Source of the DNA: a virus
Taxonomy: Duplodnaviria; Caudoviricetes
Reading direction: 5' to 3' (one strand)
Length of the DNA stretch: 28,247 nt
IMG/VR virus record: IMGVR_UViG_3300027693_000016
Span: 1 to 28,247 of that record
The position numbers and the translations under genes are program-made. Below the pieces are notes generated by a model, which saw only the letters and a list, made by a program, of their open reading frames with translations, had not been told where the DNA came from and searched no databases. How positions within the stretch are numbered: the stretch's first letter is position 1; every line of letters starts with the position of its first letter. Below are positions 24,623 through 28,247 of the stretch, piece after piece.

Positions 24623-27600
24623 ATGATGTTATATGAAGATGACGGTGCAGAACTCCCTGAGCAAAGCTTATACACTGCTGAAGACACTGTAATTGCCCCT
24701 GACACTAGTGTTGGTAACTATTCAGTAGTTAAAGGTATTGTAGCGGCTGCTACAGGTAACACAGACATCCCAGATAAAGTTAACTTCGACCAGTTTGTAG
24801 ACAGCAACTGGCGTACCACTGTTCCTGAACAGAATGACATTGACCGTGACATTGCGGTTAAAGCTGCATCTGAAGGTAATGTAAATATTGTTCAACAAAC
24901 ACTAGACAGTATTGCTACACGCAACAAAATGTATAGTGAACTTAGTATTAATAACGCTAATGATGTACGAGCTAAACTAAAAGAACTTACAACACAAGCT
25001 GTAGAGACAACTGCTGTACGTAACCCTGCTGTACTGTTTAACAACACTCCTGCTGAGATTAACGAGTCTACAGCACGTATGTCTAAACGAATTAGTGCTG
25101 CTGCAACTTTAGATAAGGCCATTCAAGATGGTAGTAAGTTTTCAACAATTGCGTTAGGTTTTGCTGGTGAGTTTTTACCTACAACTGCTATTTTACAAGG
25201 AGTGGCAATTGATAGTGTTTCTGTAAAGTATGGTGTTCCTTCGGACTCTATTGGTACTTTTACAGGTAGATCACAAACTAAAAGTTATTTACAAGCTGCA
25301 TTCAACGCGCAACCTGAAGAAACTAAAGGTGAATGGTTAAGCGGCTTGTATAACGATTTAAAGGATAGCTGGCTTATCACTGATTGGCAAGCTGCATTAC
25401 TAATACAAGAAGTAGCGACAGGTGAAGAACAAACATGGGGTGGTCTATCTGATTGGTTAGATAGAATTGGTGCTGCGGGTGCTGCATTAACAGGATTAGG
25501 TGCGGTTGTTAAATCAGTTAAGTTAGCTAAGAGTGCTAATGCTTTAAGTAGTGTAGAGCGATCACTAGCTGCTGCTGGTGGCAAGAATGCCATTATGTCT
25601 GCTGAAGCTGCTAAGATTGCTTCAGAGGTAGCTAATAAACAACGTTTACAAGCTGTTGGTGTAGTTGCAGGTGAACTCACTGGTATCAGTACAGCCATTG
25701 ACTTAGGCAAACTAGTTAGTGTTAACGCTGCTAAGGTGTTACCTGATTCAATTACAACTGCTGCTGATGACCTACAGAAAACTATTCGTGCACCTATTGA
25801 AAAACTAATTGCCGAACTACAAGATGTGGTTGCGGCTAAAGGTGTTCGTGCTTCAGAAGCTGCTGCTGAACTCACAGACTTACAGCGCATCTATTCTAAA
25901 ACAAACAATCCTAACGTACACTCAGTAGACCCATTTACTTTATCTGAAAATGGTTTAGTTATTACGGGTAAAGTGTTCTATAAACCAGACACTGCAACTA
26001 GCTTCTTAACAAAAGAAGCTGCTGAATCCTATATTAAAGCTGCTGATCCAACAGGGTCTATTGGCATGAAGGTTGTACCTGACACTACTAACACAGGGTT
26101 CTTAGTAGAAGAGAGTGTTAAGAAAGAGTTACAACTACGTAAGACAGCCTTAGAAGCACTGGTGTTAGAAGAGTTAAACAAATCAAAACCTAAACGGGGT
26201 AAGAAGGCTCCTGCTGTAGAGACTCCACCACTGGAACGTGCCCCTGCACCGAAAGCTTTAACTGACAGTAAACCCCGCTATAAAGCATCTATGTTGTCTT
26301 TTGAAGATGATGTAGATAAAGCTGCCTACCAAATTGGGAGCAAAACTGCTACTAGTAAGAGTGATAAAGAAATTAAAGCGTGGTTACAAAGCACAACAGG
26401 TTGGGATGATGCCACCATTGCTGGTCATGCACAAACTGTTCGTGACTACATTAAAGCTAACGAAGACATGGTAGATGATGTAGGCAACATTATGGTTGCT
26501 AGTCAAGTACCAACAAGTCGCCCTGCATCTACATTCCAAGCTAGCTATAGCCAAGATTTTGCTAACCTACAAGCTGCCCCCGGTACTACCACTGTGGGCA
26601 ACATCACTATGTCTTCTGGTGTTAAGAAGGCATTCGTTGTAGAGTTTGTTAGCAAGCTAGGTAAAGCACTAGGCATGGAGAATCGTAAACTTGTAGTTAT
26701 GGACTACGAGGATATGGTTAAAAGTAAAGACCCAACAGTACGTTCCATTGTTACTGATATGAAGCAAAAGCACGGTAGTGCTGGCGCTGTACATTACGAC
26801 TACGGTAGTGGTCAGTCTTTCATTGTAATGCGTAGAGGGCCAGCTACTAAGCCTCTATCACTACGTCAATACATGGAAAACTTTGCCCATGAGTATGGGC
26901 ACGCCTTTGAAGCAGAGTTTGCTACAAAGTATTTTGGTATTATTAATAGCAGTTTCAATAAGTGGTTACGTGCTAAGGGCATTGCCTTTAAAGGTGATGG
27001 CATTAATAAATCCGTTTTGGACGCATTTCCACCTGAAGCTCTATTAGAATATCGTTCTATTACCAATGCAGAAGACATTGCTGTCAACTGGATTGACAAG
27101 TGGGCTGGTGGTGACTACGGTAAATACAAAGCATACGAGTCTGAGATTCATAAGTGGGCATCTAGCTACAGTGAATTCTTTGCTGAGAACTTTGCTAAAT
27201 GGGCCTTTAGTGATGAGATACCTACCACGATATTAGGACAGACATTTAAGCGCCTTGTAGACGGTTTTAAGCTCATTGCTAGCGATGTTATGGATAGGCT
27301 AGCTAAGCTAGGTATCGTAGCTGATGTGGGTAAGGTGGACAAAAACATTGCTGCCATGCTTAACACACACGTTAAACAACTTCAAGCTGAAGCTGTTGAG
27401 GTGAGAGCTAACATGACAATGATTGCTTCTGAAAGCAAAAAGATTAAACCAACACTCTCCTCTCTACAAAAAGAGTTGGATGAAGTGATGGACGAACTAA
27501 ATGCCATTGAAGATGCTGAAAAGGGATTGAAGACAGGGTGGCTAGTTGAGCAACCTATCAACCGTACACTAGACTATTCCATCGTTGGTAAATACTCTGA

Positions 27601-28247
27601 CGATGATATTAATAGCGCAGCACGGTTTGCTATGGGTGATTGGGCATTGTCCACCTCTAACGAACTATACTCACAGCGTGTCGTAGGTATTAACCAATCT
27701 AGTCGCTACCAGAAGCTGTTAACCAACTTTGTACGCCCATCCATTGAGAAGCTTAGTAAAGCTGACATGGTTGCACTAAACGATGCATTAGTCATTGGTG
27801 ATAAAGAAGGTAAAGTATTCTCAGCACATGAACTAGCTGGTCAAGGTCTGTCATTAAAAGCTCGTGATGCCTACTACAAAGTACGTGCATTGCGTGATGT
27901 TATGTGGCAAGTACGTAACGATGTGGCTGTGAAGAGCATGACCCGCAGAGGGTTTGTGCAACTTAACACAGGGCTTAAGTTTGATGACAATGGCAACCAA
28001 CTGTTTGGTAAGCCAACAACACCTAAAGAAGGTAGTTTTGTCTATCTTGGCGATACTGGGACTATGCAACGTATGAGTGCAGAGTTTCGTGAAGAGATTG
28101 CTACTAAGGGTTATGTCTTCTACGAAGCTGCTGAGCCTGTACTAATTGATGGTAAATACCGCAAGACCTTTGGCTTTAAAGTTGGTAGTTTTGCTAGCCA
28201 ACCTATTGATACGGTAATTCCCTATCGTGCTGGTGAGTATCGCCGTA
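24623..28247 (+). CDS. large internal virion/ejection protein with zincin metallopeptidase-like domain (3' end runs off the window)
   Basis: Not in the ORF track because it has no stop in the window. ATG at 24623 with a TAAGG RBS (MMLYEDDGAELPEQ...). The frame reads as protein wherever checked, to ...IPYRAGEYRR (>1200 aa). In-frame HEYGH at 26888-26902 and EFFAE from 27173. Confidence 0.85.
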   Translation, partial: MMLYEDDGAELPEQSLYTAEDTVIAPDTSVGNYSVVKGIVAAATGNTDIPDKVNFDQFVDSNWRTTVPEQNDIDRDIAVKAASEGNVNIVQQTLDSIATRNKMYSELSINNANDVRAKLKELTTQAVETTAVRNPAVLFNNTPAEINESTARMSKRISAAATLDKAIQDGSKFSTIALGFAGEFLPTTAILQGVAIDSVSVKYGVPSDSIGTFTGRSQTKSYLQAAFNAQPEETKGEWLSGLYNDLKDSWLITDWQAALLIQEVATGEEQTWGGLSDWLDRIGAAGAALTGLGAVVKSVKLAKSANALSSVERSLAAAGGKNAIMSAEAAKIASEVANKQRLQAVGVVAGELTGISTAIDLGKLVSVNAAKVLPDSITTAADDLQKTIRAPIEKLIAELQDVVAAKGVRASEAAAELTDLQRIYSKTNNPNVHSVDPFTLSENGLVITGKVFYKPDTATSFLTKEAAESYIKAADPTGSIGMKVVPDTTNTGFLVEESVKKELQLRKTALEALVLEELNKSKPKRGKKAPAVETPPLERAPAPKALTDSKPRYKASMLSFEDDVDKAAYQIGSKTATSKSDKEIKAWLQSTTGWDDATIAGHAQTVRDYIKANEDMVDDVGNIMVASQVPTSRPASTFQASYSQDFANLQAAPGTTTVGNITMSSGVKKAFVVEFVSKLGKALGMENRKLVVMDYEDMVKSKDPTVRSIVTDMKQKHGSAGAVHYDYGSGQSFIVMRRGPATKPLSLRQYMENFAHEYGHAFEAEFATKYFGIINSSFNKWLRAKGIAFKGDGINKSVLDAFPPEALLEYRSITNAEDIAVNWIDKWAGGDYGKYKAYESEIHKWASSYSEFFAENFAKWAFSDEIPTTILGQTFKRLVDGFKLIASDVMDRLAKLGIVADVGKVDKNIAAMLNTHVKQLQAEAVEVRANMTMIASESKKIKPTLSSLQKELDEVMDELNAIEDAEKGLKTGWLVEQPINRTLDYSIVGKYSDDDINSAARFAMGDWALSTSNELYSQRVVGINQSSRYQKLLTNFVRPSIEKLSKADMVALNDALVIGDKEGKVFSAHELAGQGLSLKARDAYYKVRALRDVMWQVRNDVAVKSMTRRGFVQLNTGLKFDDNGNQLFGKPTTPKEGSFVYLGDTGTMQRMSAEFREEIATKGYVFYEAAEPVLIDGKYRKTFGFKVGSFASQPIDTVIPYRAGEYRR

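Noticed and set aside
6067-28069. Minus-strand and alternate-frame ORFs in the right block (e.g. 13409-13753, 17899-18417, 25285-25890)
   Set aside because: They overlap strong plus-strand structural genes and are explained by codon bias on the opposite strand.

Overview
This window is a segment of a lytic podovirus-type dsDNA phage genome. Its gene content resembles the Zobellviridae (SIO1/VpV262/PA11-type), though that assignment is inferred. Two gene blocks diverge from a ~1.2 kb non-coding region (4896-6139) that probably contains the genome terminus and/or origin. The left block (- strand, early-type genes) carries several small ORFs, a CobT-like VWA protein, a CobS/MoxR-like AAA+ ATPase and a truncated Zn-dependent deaminase missing from the ORF track. 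The right block (+ strand) carries two beta-helix tailspikes, a spike/fibre protein, holin(s), an M15 endolysin, TerS, an HNH protein, TerL, portal, scaffold, major capsid, tail tube A/B and internal virion proteins. It ends in a >1200-aa ejection protein with a zincin motif that runs off the window. The most unusual signals are mostly non-genic. (1) The palindrome TTACTAGTAA occurs as 10 perfect copies, and its core TACTAGTA 18 times, mostly inside genes. It is concentrated in the early arm and absent from the compositionally foreign tailspike block. (2) Two tandem early promoters have TGTAAG-N5-TGTAAG repeats in place of a -35 box, and each sits directly upstream of a candidate structured ncRNA whose two ends pair. 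(3) A twice-repeated candidate late promoter reads GTGACATTTTT-N12-TCTAAG-N2-TACCA. All counts and folds were done by eye and need computational confirmation.
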